Source: the human T2T-CHM13v2.0 reference genome, Homo sapiens. From it: 64,000 nucleotides of DNA. Shown here piece by piece: positions 32,175-47,241 of the stretch (within the stretch, counting starts at the first letter, position 1; each line of letters begins with the position of its first letter). The position numbers and the translations under genes were made by a program. The stretch is from the NCBI RefSeq assembly GCF_009914755.1, contig NC_060937.1; one strand, given 5' to 3'. Below the pieces are notes generated by a model. The model saw only the letters and a program-made list of their open reading frames with translations. It did no database searches and was not told the origin of the DNA.

Positions 32175-32525
32175 TACGTTGAAGAAGCCAACCTTGTGAC
32201 AGAATTTAAGTACAAGTTATTTATTTGGGGAGGGGATCCTAGGAAGTACTGGTAGAGGAATGGAGAAGGGAGACAGCCACTTTTAAAGCACAGGTTGTCT
32301 AGCTGGCTATGACTGTGGGTAACTGAGGATGCTAGCATGTTACCCAACTCTCTCATGTCACTGGCTGAGGTCTATTCCTGAGGCCATTAACTGTGCTGCA
32401 CTACTAAGCTTCCCCACACACGGGAGAGAAACCCCAGGTGGGGAATAGGAGGTACTTGCAGAATTGCATCCTGAAGCAGGGAGTGTCAGGGCATGAGTAG
32501 CAAACTGACTATGTCTGCTGCACCA
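32175..32525 (-). mobile_element. LTR16-like ERVL LTR nested in MER5 and L2 relics
   Basis: AAGTTATTTATTTGGGAGGGGATCCTAGGAAGTACTGGTAGAGGAATGGAGAAG; ACTGTGGGTAACTGAGG. Confidence 0.55.
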
Positions 32526-32826
32526 GGCCACATCCCTGAAGATGTCCATTCAGTGGGTCTTGGGTGGGATCTGGAAATCAGTATTGTGACAAACACATCA
32601 TGGGATTCCTATGAACAGACAGATTTGAAAAACACTGACAACATTATTAAGTCCAAAATCTTTGGTGGACTCTACCAGGTCCTCCATGGTCTGTGTCTTC
32701 TGCCCTGCTCTCCATACCAACCTCCATGCACAGTCCACTTGCCAGAACACATTGAATCTGTGCACTTCCCTGCAAGCAGCATGTTCTCTTCCATGAGCAG
32801 CAACTGTGCCTTAGGAATCTGCATGA

Positions 32827-33237
<411 letters not shown>

Positions 33238-34339
33238 TTATTTAAGTGGTATTGAAAGGTTCCCTGGACAAAAAAAAAAAATCTTCCCTATGTATTAAAA
33301 TAGTAGGTACAATTCCACTATTAAAACTAAGCAAATACATATTGAGCACCTAATATATGCAAGACACTCAGGAATCCCTCCAGAAAAGAACTTTAACCTT
33401 TTATCAGCTTTTACACTTTGACAAAGATGTGCTGATACACAGATGTGAATAAAACCCTACAAAGGAGATAAACACCTGGGCAGTGGTAGAAAGGTAAAGG
33501 GCACTCACTGTAAAAGGAACTGGAGGTATGAAAGACTACCTATCCTGTGATTCTGTCAGGGTTGTCTTCAGGGACACTACCTCCTCCCTCACAAAGATTC
33601 AACAGGATAAAGAAGAAAGTTTTATTTCAATGGCACAAACACCTGGAATTATGACTTCTTCCAGTGACTAGAAATGTGGTACTTGGGATCCAGATGGTAA
33701 CTCTGGGCTCTATCCCTTACATCCACAATGGCTTCTGGGGCTTTTGAGATGCTCAAGGTACTCTCTTGCAAATGAGACCAGAGCAAAGGCTTTGGCTACT
33801 GAAGTCATTACAGACCTCACCTGTGGCTTTTCTCCCACTGTTAGAGATGTTAACACAGCACCTTGGTCACATTCCAGTCTGGATAATTACATTGGGGCCA
33901 GCAAACTTTACCCTCCAGCACCAACTAAACAAAGTATTCCTTTGGACTTGCTGCCATAACCTTTGTTATGCTGCTGTGGGCTATTAAAGGGCTATTCCAT
34001 ACTTAGGATGGCTGTATTTGTGGAAAATAAATAGCCCTGGCATTACTTTCTATACTGACAAATATATTCCAAAATATCATTGGCTAAGTTGGCTATTTTG
34101 GCTTAAAATATGCAGTGCCAGAAACAATTAGAAATTACAGTAATTTCTTCTCCATTCTCTAAACTTTTACTATCCACACAAATGAAGCTTGAAATACTTG
34201 CAGCATTACACAAAGAGGGAGAGATGATGCATTAATTCCACAAAATATATACTTAGTGTCTGCCATATGCCAGGCTATATGTCGTAGGTACCGGGCACTG
34301 TTCTCAGTGCTGGGGGTTATGTTGACAGTGTAAATATGA

Positions 34340-34762
<423 letters not shown>

Positions 34763-37700
34763 TTGTCCACTATTTAAATAAGAGTCTGTAGGACCTTAAA
34801 CTCTATGTGTATGTGGAAGTATATGTGTACCTAAGAGTGAGAAAATATGCCTTCCTGGCTATCCTGGAGGGTGGCAAACAGAATGCTGCTTATATATTTA
34901 TTTGTTTGCTTATTTTTAGCAATCATCCCATTTGGGTGGGTAAGAGTTTACAGGTTATAATAGCAGAAGCTGACATAAGAAAATTGAAAACATAAATATC
35001 TCTTGTTTAAAGCTCTTTAGTGTATGAAAGAAACACAAATCAGGCCCTCTGATATTCTATCATAGGAATGAAAAGTGACAAAAAGAAAAAAATGTAAGTA
35101 TTGTGTGTGTTTGCACATACACACAAATTATCTTGCACATGAAAATAGGAGAGGGAAGTTAATTAAATCTCAAGATTCCAGTTGGTTAAATTAAATGTAT
35201 GAACTAAAGAATATTTAACATCACACTATGCAAGTGGATGCAGAAATAGTTCAGAAAATTTTAAGAAACATAACCTTTAAATTCAGATTAATCCTAGTGG
35301 ATCTGAAACAAGTACTTCTCCTAGACAAATTATATCCAGACAGTGGAAAATAGATTTTTTTTAAAGTGAAGTTCACTTGAAATATGCCAAATTATTATTC
35401 TTTTGGAAAATCCTTCTAGCTAGAATAAGTTAATAGCAGGCTTCTAAAACTAGGTTTAACATGCTGTAAATCCATTTATTCCCCTCTACAAATCTACTAA
35501 AGTACGTCTTTTCTGGTGAAAAGGCCTCTTTAATGGTACTTAATACTGTCACTACATTGTTTCTCCAATCAGTCAATGTCAAGGTTTTCTACTTAAGGAG
35601 TTATATTAAAGTTAAATGCTTACTTTTGTCATAAATAATAAACAATGGAATACAGATTATTTAAAATAGCACACGGAACCTCAAAATGTATTACACACAA
35701 TATATATTTCCTAAGTTTAGAAGAAATGACTAATAATGCATATATGATCCAAGTTTTCCATCCTATAATCCATTCATTATCATTTTAGCATTAAGAAACA
35801 ATCTGCACTATCACCTCTCTCAGAGATAGATGACTCATCTTCCACTAACAGGCATTAGGTAACACCTTTGGCAAGATGGCTTTGATAAAAGACTGAAACA
35901 AATATTATGCAGGGACACAGGCACCCCACAAACCTTAAAGAGCCCAGATCACTACACCAACAGTATGTCCATTGCTTTGTAGGATAGGAGATTGTAATGA
36001 GTGATTGATTAATTAGCTATAATGTACAGGTATACAAACTGACCAATACAATCTTGAGTCTCATTCCTGTTGAAAATTCACACAGAATAAGAGATTATTA
36101 AAGACTGCCCAAAGCTATAGACAACTACCAAAGCAAGGGACTGGGCTTCCCAGTTTAGGGAAAGGCAGGAATCATAGGACTTTTAGAGATTGAAGGCACA
36201 ATATATTATACACAATGCATCTAAGACCACAATCTAGCCTAGCATGTCAATGTTGATTTTTTACTCTCAAATGCTAATGTATTTTCTAAGTACAATATTA
36301 GAAATTACATTATAAGGTTTTTATTAAGATAAAAATCTTGGTTGCAAATGTTATGTAAATAAAAAACAAAGAAAGAATAATCAAGGAGAGAAATGAGGGG
36401 GAAATGGTCAAGTGTGACCCAGGGGAAGACATCCTGAGACTGGGTCTGTCACCAGGGTTGTGTCACATAATCTCACTATGCCTCAGTGTTCCTTAATATT
36501 AAAGGGTCAGGCTAGAGCCTCAGTCTCTACTTCATTCCTAGCAGGAAAATCCTGCCATCTATTTAGGTATTATAGAAAACTCAGCTTTTTGTAATATCCT
36601 AAGAGCACCTGGCAGCAGCAGAAAATTTGCTTACGATGTTTAATGAGTGAAAAGGGAAGAATGAGAAGGGTCTAAACAATCCTCCCAATCTTGCATTTTT
36701 CAGTTTATACTAGGCTTAAGAGGGCAATTGAAGTTAGATGCTTCATTTCATCCCACAATAATTCTTATTATAATAAAACATTTAATATTCCTTAAAAAAC
36801 ATCCAAAAAAAAAGAAACAGCTTCACCTTACTCAAATGAAACTTAGTGGATCTGTCTCATTTGGAGGGTTGCAATGCCTGAGCTACAGTGTGAGTATCAG
36901 GATGTGGAAGCAGCTGTCACTGCTTTGTTTTTCATTCACAGTAGGTGGTTGCCAGGCAACAAAATACTATTGTCTGTTTCCATGATCTATTGGCCAATTC
37001 TACTGGTGATAATGCTTTCTACAGTTTAAAACAGGGCCACCTTTTGGACAAAAAGAAATGAGAAAAAATTCTAAGGATGACAATAACATATATACGAATA
37101 AATACACTGAATGTACCCTAAAATTACGTGTATAAATATACAACTGTGTGCTGATAGACATACAAATATTTTGCATGTATGCATATGTGATTATATACAT
37201 TCTCCTACATACAAACCCATCTAAATTTAATAGGCCCACAACTTGAAACTAAATCCCTTAGGGAAATCAAGGTATGAACTAGAGAAATAAAAACACAGAA
37301 TTATTTTCTTAACAATAGCAATAATTTCCAATTTGTCACATATATCAAATCCTGTTTCTTGAATAGGAGGTCCTCCAGTCAGAAAAGCAATCCTGTCTAC
37401 TTATATAAAAATGATAATAATGGAAAGCCTTTACCATCTACTTTAGAATCATGTAATACGTTTAATATGTTGATTTACTATCATATGCTACCAATGTGTA
37501 CAAAGATAATTCAAAGAGTGTTGCTGTTTACAACCAAGAATCTTAAATTTTATTCATCTTAAAAATAATTGAATTGTTCTCCATGGAATAGCCTCATGTG
37601 ATTCCCCACTTTGTTTTGATATGGGTCCCTGGGGAACAACAGTCATGCTATGTTACTCTTGCATATTTCACTAGCTTACAAATAAAATAACACACAGTGT

Positions 37701-38282
37701 ACTCAATATAAAGTTGTCAACATTAACTTGCATCAGTTGCTGTTTGTTTCACATTGACAAGGCTTCTAAAGATAAGAATTACAATATTCTTAGATGTACA
37801 GACACAACATCAAAACAGCCTGAAGGAATTAAAGCTGGAAAATGCTAGAGGCAATCACGCTTTGAAATGAAGAGAAATCAGTATCATTTATACGTACACA
37901 TATATTTCTTCAAAGGCTCTAAATAATGCCAGAACAATATGCATTTTATGCAATGCTCATCCGTCTTCCCTCACAATATTCCGAAAGCACTTTAACTGTT
38001 TAACGCATCTCCTCCAAGAGGGCTTTCACTTTTTCAAACTCATTATCACTTTCAAATCTGTATATTACAAGAAACTGGAATGAGCAATATCCATTACATG
38101 AATAGACATTATTAATATAAAGTCTCTATCAAAGTGGCAACGCTAGTAAAACAAAAGCAGAGTGTGTTAACCATAAACTAAGTACCAGCCAATATTACCA
38201 CTTTGCTTGACAGAGCCGTCTCCAACAGCACGCACCCACCTCTCGAGCGGGCCCACCAGCTCAGCTTTCCAAGCTCGCTCAC

Positions 38283-38700
38283 CTGCGTCTCTCCTCCAGG
38301 AATCAATTTCCTTCCCACTTTCTCCACCCTCTTCAGATCCCTTAAGCACGCTTCATTGCTTTCTCCAAACTACCAGACTCAAATCTGCAGCCCAGTTGGC
38401 CAGGAACCTTTCCATACGCACGTATTTCCTGCATTCTCCTGGGTCTGCTTTTAAAAATTGCTACCACCAAACAAATGCAATCTTAACAAAATTGGGATTA
38501 CAAAGCCAGTTTTTTTCATGTAATGTTACAGCAGTGAAAGATTGAGGGAGAGAAAAGGAGAGAAGCAGGAGTGTATCTGGGTGAAGAAGCGTGGCTCAGT
38601 GGCTATACAGTGAGACGCAGAGATTCCACAGAGCTGGGCTTGCCCACCTGTCGACCCCACTTTCCCCATGTGCTCGCCGCGGGATGACAACCACAACACT
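38283..38700 (-). other. Candidate alternative first exon at the left edge of the CpG island
   Basis: Donor CAG|GTGAGC with last base 38283. CCAAT and GC boxes at 38726-38752 lie just upstream on this strand. The start is an estimate. Confidence 0.4.
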
Positions 38701-40520
38701 CCAGAACCACCCCCCTTCCGAAAGAGGGCGGGGTTACGCCTTCAGCCAATCAGGACCCGCGAGCCCCGGGTGTCCAACCTATGGGGTGGCTGTGGCCGTG
38801 CAGGGGGAGGACGTGGGGTGGTCTGGGAGGGGCCGCGTCCGTGGGAGGCTCGCACGTGTCGGGTCCGGAGAGGCGGGGAGGCGGCCGGCGTCCAGCGGCC
38901 GAGGCGCGGGCTCTGCATCCTGGCAGCGGCCGAGTCCGGCTGCCCCAGTGCCTCCTTTACCTCGCGTTGGGCCAGGCAGGGCGCGCTCCCGCCGACGAAG
39001 ACCTGTCCAAGGTGTCCGAGCTCCCCGCGAGAGGGGACAGTCACGAATAACAACAGTACCCAGCGCAGACTAGGCGGGGAGGAAAGTTTCCGGCCCGCAG
39101 CAGAGCGGAGTCCGCCAAGGCTGGAGGAAAAGGGATGCAGAGCGGGAGGGTGAAAACCTGAAAGAAGAGGGCAGCGGGAACACTGTGTGGGCAGGAACGG
39201 GTCCCGGGGGCGACGCCCGCAGGGGGAGACGGGTGCGGGGTGCGCTGTCCAAGGTGCAGGGGAGGTGACTGGCGCGCGGCGGGCGCGGAGCCCGGAGCTG
39301 ACACTGGCTGGCGGGCGGAGGGGAGAGCGGGGAACAGCTGTCTGGGGCGCTGGGCACCCCCGGGCGCGTAAAAGTGAGGGAGCTTGAGACGGGGCACGGC
39401 GGGGAAGGGCGTGGGGGCTGCACCGAAGCCCCCACGCGTCCACGCACCCCTCCTCACCAGCCTCACCTCTAGCTCCACTCCCCTCCCCCCTCGCCCACTC
39501 CCCTCTCAGTCTAGATCCAGGTGCCGTGGCGGGGGTGAGACCAGAGGACCCCGGCTCGGAGCCCGGACGCCCCAGGGAGGCTGCGGGCCCCGGAGCTGCT
39601 TACCTGGGGCCGCCGTATGGGGAGCGGAGGCAACCCGCTGCGCGGAGTGGGGCGCCGGGCGCGGCGCGGCTCCTCCTAGCCTCGGCGTCCTCCTCCTCCT
39701 TTGCTTCTCCCGGACTCTGTCCCGGGCACGGAGCTGGGAGACGCGGCCGGGCTGCAGTCGCCGTTCCCTCTGCTGCCGCCGCCGCTGCAGCAGACAGAGG
39801 ACGCCCCGTGGCGGCTGGAAGCCTGTGTGAGTAGCGGCGCCCGGGAGAGCGGGGATCTGCTGAGGGGCGCTGGAGACTCCGCGGCTGGAGGCGCGCGGGC
39901 GTGCGCACGCGCGCCTGCGAGTGTGAGTGTATGGGTGCGCGCGCGCCCACGGGGTGGGGGAGTCGCGAGGGGAGGGGGAGAGAGGCCGAGAGATGCTCGT
40001 AGGGACCGAGGCAAAATTCTACGACCCCGGAAATCCGTAAACGCGGGGAAGGAGGATCGAACGCGTGTCTCGCTTGGAGAAGCTGCCCACGGGGCGGCAG
40101 CAGAGGAGGAGGGGAAGTCAGCGAGGCGCGCTAGGGCTCCGGATCCCAGCCCGGCAGAGCCGAGCGGAGCGCGCAGCCACCGATGCAGCAGAGGCGGCGC
40201 CCGCAGCCCACGGTCGCGCTGCCCCCTCTCGGGAGGGGCCGAGGCCGCTCGCTCCCGCCACCGCCGCCGCGGTCGGGACTGCTCTACTGGGAGCGGGGGA
40301 ACCGAGAGAGGGACCGCACGGTTGCTACGGCGACCTTGGAGGGGCCGGGCCCGCTGAAGGGCCAAGAGAAGAACCCGGGCGCACGTGGCCGACTCCAGGC
40401 TGGAGCGGGCGTGTTACAGGATTGTGGGCTTGGGGTAGACGGTGGAATTGGGCCGCGTGGCCTGGGCAGATGATGCGGGGTGTGCGGCCCAGAGTGGCTC
40501 GGCCGGGGTGCGGTCAGCAT
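38660..40520. promoter_or_regulatory. CpG island, probable bidirectional promoter
   Basis: About 1.9 kb of very GC/CpG-rich sequence in an AT-rich background. GC box GGGCGGGG at about 38726, CCAAT (AGCCAATCAG) at about 38744, NRF1-type TGCGCACGCGCG at 39902-39913. Outward-facing 5' splice donors on both strands. Confidence 0.93.
39604..39930 (-). other. First (probably non-coding) exon of an unidentified minus-strand gene
   Basis: Consensus donor CAG|GTAAGC with last exonic base 39604, inside the CpG island. The 5' end is estimated from Inr-like ACTCACAC sequences at about 39830 and 39930. Confidence 0.75.
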
Positions 40521-40618
40521 TCAGGTTGGTAAGGGTGAGGGGATCCTAACCCCAGGTGACATGTTGCCTTTTTTTCCTCCTTGGAGGCTACTTTTTCTCA
40601 AAGTTACCCACTTCCCAG
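40050..40618 (+). ncRNA. Candidate first exon of a divergent lncRNA
   Basis: Donor CAG|GTAAGA at 40618/40619, with an alternative TTG|GTAAGG near 40529, at the right edge of the CpG island. The start is an estimate. Confidence 0.5.
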
Positions 40619-41411
40619 GTAAGAATGCCGGCCTCCTCTTTGTTAGGATTCAACTTAGCTGTGCAGGCATCTAAGCAGTGCCTCCTTAGAGTCAGGCTCG
40701 TCCAAGAACCGCTCCCACCACCTCCCCACACACACCCACATCCCCCGATCCTCCATCCCAACTACATTGTAATACTTCAGAAATAAATGTTTAAAGCACA
40801 TTTACATTCTCTGCCTCTTAACAGATATATTGTCTTAGTAGTATACTTTTCCTTGCTTATTTTAAATTCTGAGTGGGATTTTATTCACACAAGCATTTCT
40901 TCAAGGGTCGTAAGGTCTGGGTAATACTTGAAATACCCTTTCTGGCAGGAATCCTCAATGCAGGGATTGTGTTTTGCACACTTTTGCATGCCTTCCAGTG
41001 CTTAGCATAGTACTCTGTACTTTGTGAGTTCCCTGTAAATGTTGAATGAATGACATTGTTTTCTAGCTTCACGTAACCTGAAGGCAAAGACTTGGATGCT
41101 GGGAAAGTCATTACCACCCCACTAGGCTTGCCTGATTTTAACTTATGCCATTTCCTTGTGTGTGGCTATTTTTCCCCCTGGCGGTCAGAACCCCAATGCA
41201 AAGAAAGAAAATAATACTTATCCATTGTGCACCCTTAACAAAGGATGCATGTAGAAGCACTCTGCAGGGACCCCAGTGGGATGCCCTGGGTGTGAGGGGG
41301 CCAAAGCTCAGAACCTAACCTCTCAAAATGTGAAAGTCAGTGTTCACCAGCAGTTTATACTGTCCCTTCTAGAGCAGAAGGATGGGGAAAACAGTTTTAA
41401 GAGAAATACAC

Positions 41412-41576
41412 TTTTGTTTTTTGTTTTTTGAGACGGAACCTCGCTCTGTCACCCAGGCTGGAGTGCAGTGGCGCGATCTCGGCTCACTGCAACCTCTGCC
41501 TCCCGGGTTCAAGCGAATTCTCCTGCCTCAGCCTCCTAGTAGCTAGGATTACAGGCGCCGGCCACCACGCTCGGCT

Positions 41577-41612
<36 letters not shown>

Positions 41613-41745
41613 TTTTTAGTTTTTAGTAGAGACACAGTTTCACCATGTTTTCCAGACTGGTCTCCAACTCCTGACCTCAAGTGATCCGCCTGCCTCGGCC
41701 TCCCAAAGTGCTGGGATTACAGGCATGAGCCACCGCTCCAGGCCA
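41412..41745 (-). mobile_element. AluS with an expanded central A-tract
   Basis: Full dimer with about 32 T at 41579-41610. TSD AGAAATACAC. Confidence 0.93.
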
Positions 41746-42352
41746 GAAATACACATTTCTAATAGCTTATCAGGTACGCATTTTTCTCCTGTAAAGAGTA
41801 GTGTTCATGGACACTGACCAATACATGCAGGGTCACCCCAGACTGCTAATTCTGCTGTCTGGTGTAGCACCAAGTCCACATCCTTCGACCTCGGTATTTC
41901 TACAATCATCGTCTTAGAAGCAGAAGTCTTCAATTTTGCATTTCATGCTAAATTTCAATTCCTTTGAACTCAGGCCCGCCTATGAGCTGCTTCTCTCTCC
42001 ACTCATGATACCACAGCTGTGAAATATAACTGAAATAAAGTGAAAATTAAAATGGATTTATTTGGGTACCGTGTGTTCTTTAGTGGGGGTCCCTTTAACT
42101 GATTTATCTACCTTCACTCAATTGACAATCTTCTTAGAAGACATTTGTTGTGATATTGGAGCTTTTTTATTAGGTTGAAAGCTTACTTAAATTTCTCACT
42201 TGAAAGGAAGCTCTAAAACTTGCAAAAGAAGCAGAAAAACTCTGATACCGAAAATGGACCCTTGACAGCCAACCTATAGAATGGGTATGAGTCAGAATTT
42301 TCCAAAACAATTTTAAAGCTTCATTTTCCTTAGAAAGTTGCTTTTAGGGTTT

Positions 42353-42941
42353 TGTTGGGCTCAGAAACTAATACCGGAAAATATGGCACTTTGACATGCT
42401 GGACTGAAGAAGCAGCCTCAAAGTCTCTCTGACCCTCTCTCTGCCTCCTGTCTCTCAGTCGTCTGTCTCACCCAAAGCACAGGATGAAATTGTTCTCTGA
42501 AGGTCTTTCATCTGCCTAGAAACCAGATCTGCCAAAGAAGAACGCACTTGCCTTCCCTGAGTTTTTATTAATCTAACTCACGTCGTAGGAAGAAAGATTG
42601 AAGCCTGTCAACACAACTGGACATACTTTTGTCACACTCCTCTGCGGGCCCAACAGACTTTATCCCAGGCCATTTTATGTTCACCAAGCTCATTGAATTC
42701 CACTAAAAATTCTTTACTATCCCCCTTAAAATCATCCACATTTCCCTTTCTATTCTTCCCCTATGAAGAAGGGTATATGAGCATCTGTGTACCCCACTGG
42801 GTTATTGGGCAATCATTCTCCTGCAATTCCCTTGGATTATGCACATGAAAATAAGTTTTGTATGTCTTTTCTCCTATTAATCTGCTTTTTGCGAGGTGAT
42901 TTTCAGTGAACCTTCAGAAGGTTGAAATCCCTAGTTTCAAC
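42353..42941 (+). mobile_element. MER39/MER34-family ERV1 solo LTR
   Basis: TGTTGGGCTCAGAAAC..ATATGGCACTTTGACATGCTG..GAAGAAGCAGCCTCAA; TTTTCTCCTATTAATCTGC..TTTTCAGTGAACCTTCAGA. Confidence 0.8.
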
Positions 42942-43532
42942 AGCTTCCCAAGTGCTTGTCTTACTTGGTGGGTGGGAGGAATGTTAATAAAGCTGTAACT
43001 TCTCTGATGACCACCAAAGGGGACAGTCTTGTCTTCGTAAAAACAAATATAAGAAGCCAGCACCTAAGAATGTAGGCATATCACAAGCTTAATGTATGTT
43101 AACTTAAAAATAATGTATGTTAACTTAAATAAGTTAATGTATGTTAAAAGGTAATAGAAGGAAAGAATAACAACATAGATATATAGGTTTCTGACCAACT
43201 TAAACATAAAAGTTTGGAGGAGCAAATAGGGTTATATGCTATCATCCCCATAGCTCCTTCTGCTACTTAAGTACTAGGTAATAATAAAATGTACAGCTGA
43301 GAGGTTCATTTTTATTTGTTATTATCAGCCGGATTTAAAATCAATAGCATATTTGTAAAAGTTCTATTTTTCTTCCTAAAGGGAATGTTCCTTAACATAA
43401 CTGCTTTTTTCAGTTTGCAGCAGTGCAGTAAACTAGTCAATCATTAACTTAAAAACACAGGATGGTGAAGGTGTGGGGCCTGTGGAGAAACACTCTAAAC
43501 TTATTTGATCACAACTGTTTTGTCAGTCTAAA

Positions 43533-43566
<34 letters not shown>

Positions 43567-44089
43567 TTTCTACCTTTAAAGACTGATGCATTTAGACTGT
43601 GAGATGTACCGTGAATTCCAAAGTCAACTCCTCATTCTAGGAGCCCATTGCCCCAAATCCTCTGAAGTGAGAAGGCAGGGACCGTTAGCTGAAATGCTGT
43701 TGATTTTAGTGGCTGTGAGCACACATAAGGATACAGGTCATTTCCCTTATAATTAGGTCCCAGATCACTTAGTCCATTAGAGTTTTAAATGATAAAAAAA
43801 AAAAAACACCTTGACCTGCACCTGGAAAGAAAGTACCAACACAGTCCAGAGTATAGTACAGGAACAAGAAGCAGCCTCAAGTCATCCTATTTGTATCCAT
43901 GTCTTTAAACATTGCCTTATTCCACATACTATTTAGGAAAACTTAATTCTGACTGGAGATCAGACATCTTTAGGAAGGTAAAAAAAATCAGAGAAAAAAA
44001 TGTTATAGTTTATACTAAGCAAAACAAGACCGGTTTTCTTTCTTAGTCATCATTGCTGACATTTGGGGTGCAGGTAGATATACTTGGTG

Positions 44090-44252
44090 TCAGTGGTTCT
44101 AACAGTTTATGGAGCTGTGTATTTCCAAGAAACTGAAGAAAGCTATGGATCCTTTCTTCAGGAAAATGAACCTATTAATGTATAAAAAATGTTTAAATAA
44201 AATTTCAGGGAGTTAAAGGAACTTCCTCTGAAGCTCACATTAAGAGCTACTG
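44090..44252. mobile_element. Short hAT-Charlie (Charlie4z-like) relic
   Basis: CAGTGGTTCT...GAAAGCTATGGATCC...AATTTCAGGG...TTAAGAGCTACTG. Confidence 0.5.
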
Positions 44253-45309
44253 CCTAATATAGATTAATTGCACCATGACATTTTATGGCTAAAGGGAAAA
44301 GAATTGGTAGATTTACTAATCTCACTTCTATTTTTAATCTAATAATTTATTTGATTGTCAACACCAAGAAGATGCATAAGCAAATCAGTAAACTGAACAA
44401 GTATTTATTGAGTACCTACTTCATAATCAGTTCTGTTCTTCAAGCTGTGTTTGTTACCAATAAAGTATAAAATACGATCTATCTATTCCTTTAGGGAGCC
44501 TATAGTGTAGTAATCATTATTCTTGAGGACAAAAAAAGTGAACATAAGCGTAATTTATCACTTGACCAGGTGCAACAAACTTCAATTTGAATTACCAGTA
44601 GGACTTAATAAAGCTATTTGTTAAATAAATAAACCACTTGGGTAATAATTGATTATCAGTGGCCAATGTATATATGCATATTTTCATATTCATATTCCCT
44701 AGTAGCAATCATTTAGATGATCACACCATATATAATGTAAAAAGCTAGTCTATTGCTGTAGCATGAATTTTAGATTGAGGATATGAAGAAGTTGACAAGG
44801 AGAGATAGACCATGTGGGCAATGGCAGCTGTGGATTACCTTTCCCTGGGATCACTGGGCAGACTGGAATAAGTTAGAATATGCTAGAGCTTATATTTAAC
44901 CCATCCAAGAATTTATAGGGCAACCCATGAACAGTATTTTGAAATTTCTATGTCTACAAAAACCCAGAAGTCTCTTCTTGTATAATTTTAACATTTTATT
45001 ATTACTCTCCTTACAATTTTTAAAATTTTCACTTTCTCAATTTCTTTCCACTTATTAACACAGAATTATTTTTAATGTAGTTTTTAAAAACACAACTTCT
45101 TCACTCAATTCCTGACACAATTATGAAGAGTTAAAAAGCTCTTATAGAGTGAATTGACATAAAGCCATTTACTTAATTAGAGCTGTTTGAAGCCCAACCA
45201 TCCATGTATTGAATGCTTTATATAACCTGCCTCCCGATGGGCCCCAGAGGCTTCATGTGGGGAAGCTAGGACTGTTAGTGCTATCTTTTGATTTTTCAAG
45301 AGGTGGTCT

Positions 45310-45520
45310 TAGCACAGCATTAAAATAACACAGGATACTGAATCATAAGATCTGAGTTCAAATCCCAGCCCAGGCAACAACTTGCTGTGTGAGATTGTGC
45401 ACCACACTTTCCGAGCTTCACTTGCCCCCGTCTGGGAAATGTGGATAATAACACCTACCTCATCAGTTTCTTAAGAAGCTTACATCAAGTAACATTAAGT
45501 TACATTAAGTAACATGAGAA
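45310..45520 (+). mobile_element. MIR
   Basis: GATCTGAGTTCAAATCCCAGC...GGATAATAACACCTACCTCA. Confidence 0.7.
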
Positions 45521-46075
45521 AGAGTCCCTTTGTTGTGTTGTAGGAATTCAGTAAATCTTTGTAGACCTTGGATCTAAATCAAAAGTGTGTGGCAGAAAAT
45601 TGGAACACAGTCATGAATAGGAAGCTCCTGTAGAAATTTTAAATCTTTATTATAATGTTGAACTGAGCTGATTTCCTGGGAGTCCCTTCCAAGGATATTT
45701 TAAGAAAACCACAGACAACCAAAAGTTGGCAGAAACTGACACATGCAGGAAATTGTGGATTCCATAATTCTAGAGGTGCTGTAATTCTATAAATTCTGCT
45801 GCTGTTACAAAACCCAAGCTTTGTGTTCATTTGTTTTTAATTAGTCTCTGTTTTGTTTCTGTCACACATATTCTGCCTCCCCAATGGTGCTTTGCCCTGC
45901 TAATTTAACTATGCGAACATTCATTTTATAGATTAATACCAACTGTGAAAATGTCTCTCTTTTAAACAAAAATAGTTCACTGTCCTCTCTTCCCCACCAC
46001 ATCCCAATTGTAAAAGTAGTGTGTGTGCTTACGGAGAAAAAATAGGCAATACAAAAATGTATAAAGAAAAAGATT

Positions 46076-46414
<339 letters not shown>

Positions 46415-46487
46415 TTACTATTTTGGTGTATACCCTTCCAGACATTTTCTTTGCATATATTTGTTCTACTTAAAAGTCATTCAGGTT

Positions 46488-46789
<302 letters not shown>

Positions 46790-46932
46790 GTCATCCAAGT
46801 CAAGATTCAGCCATTTTTAATGTTACCATTTTAGAAACAAACAGTTAAAACACTTTCACAAAAAGGCTCAAATGTGTTTCTTTTCCTTTCCTACACCTTC
46901 TTTCCAAGATAGGCTCTTTGCTCAGCAAGTCC

Positions 46933-47241
<309 letters not shown>

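Noticed and set aside
38591-40532. Long ORFs (up to 233 aa) on both strands of the CpG island
   Set aside because: They are R/G/A/P-rich, overlap in many frames and mostly lack ATG starts, as expected from stop-codon scarcity in GC-rich DNA. They also cross predicted splice donors.
43089-43147. Three imperfect copies of AATGTATGTTAA(CTTAAA)
   Set aside because: A short AT-rich slippage duplication with no sign of function.
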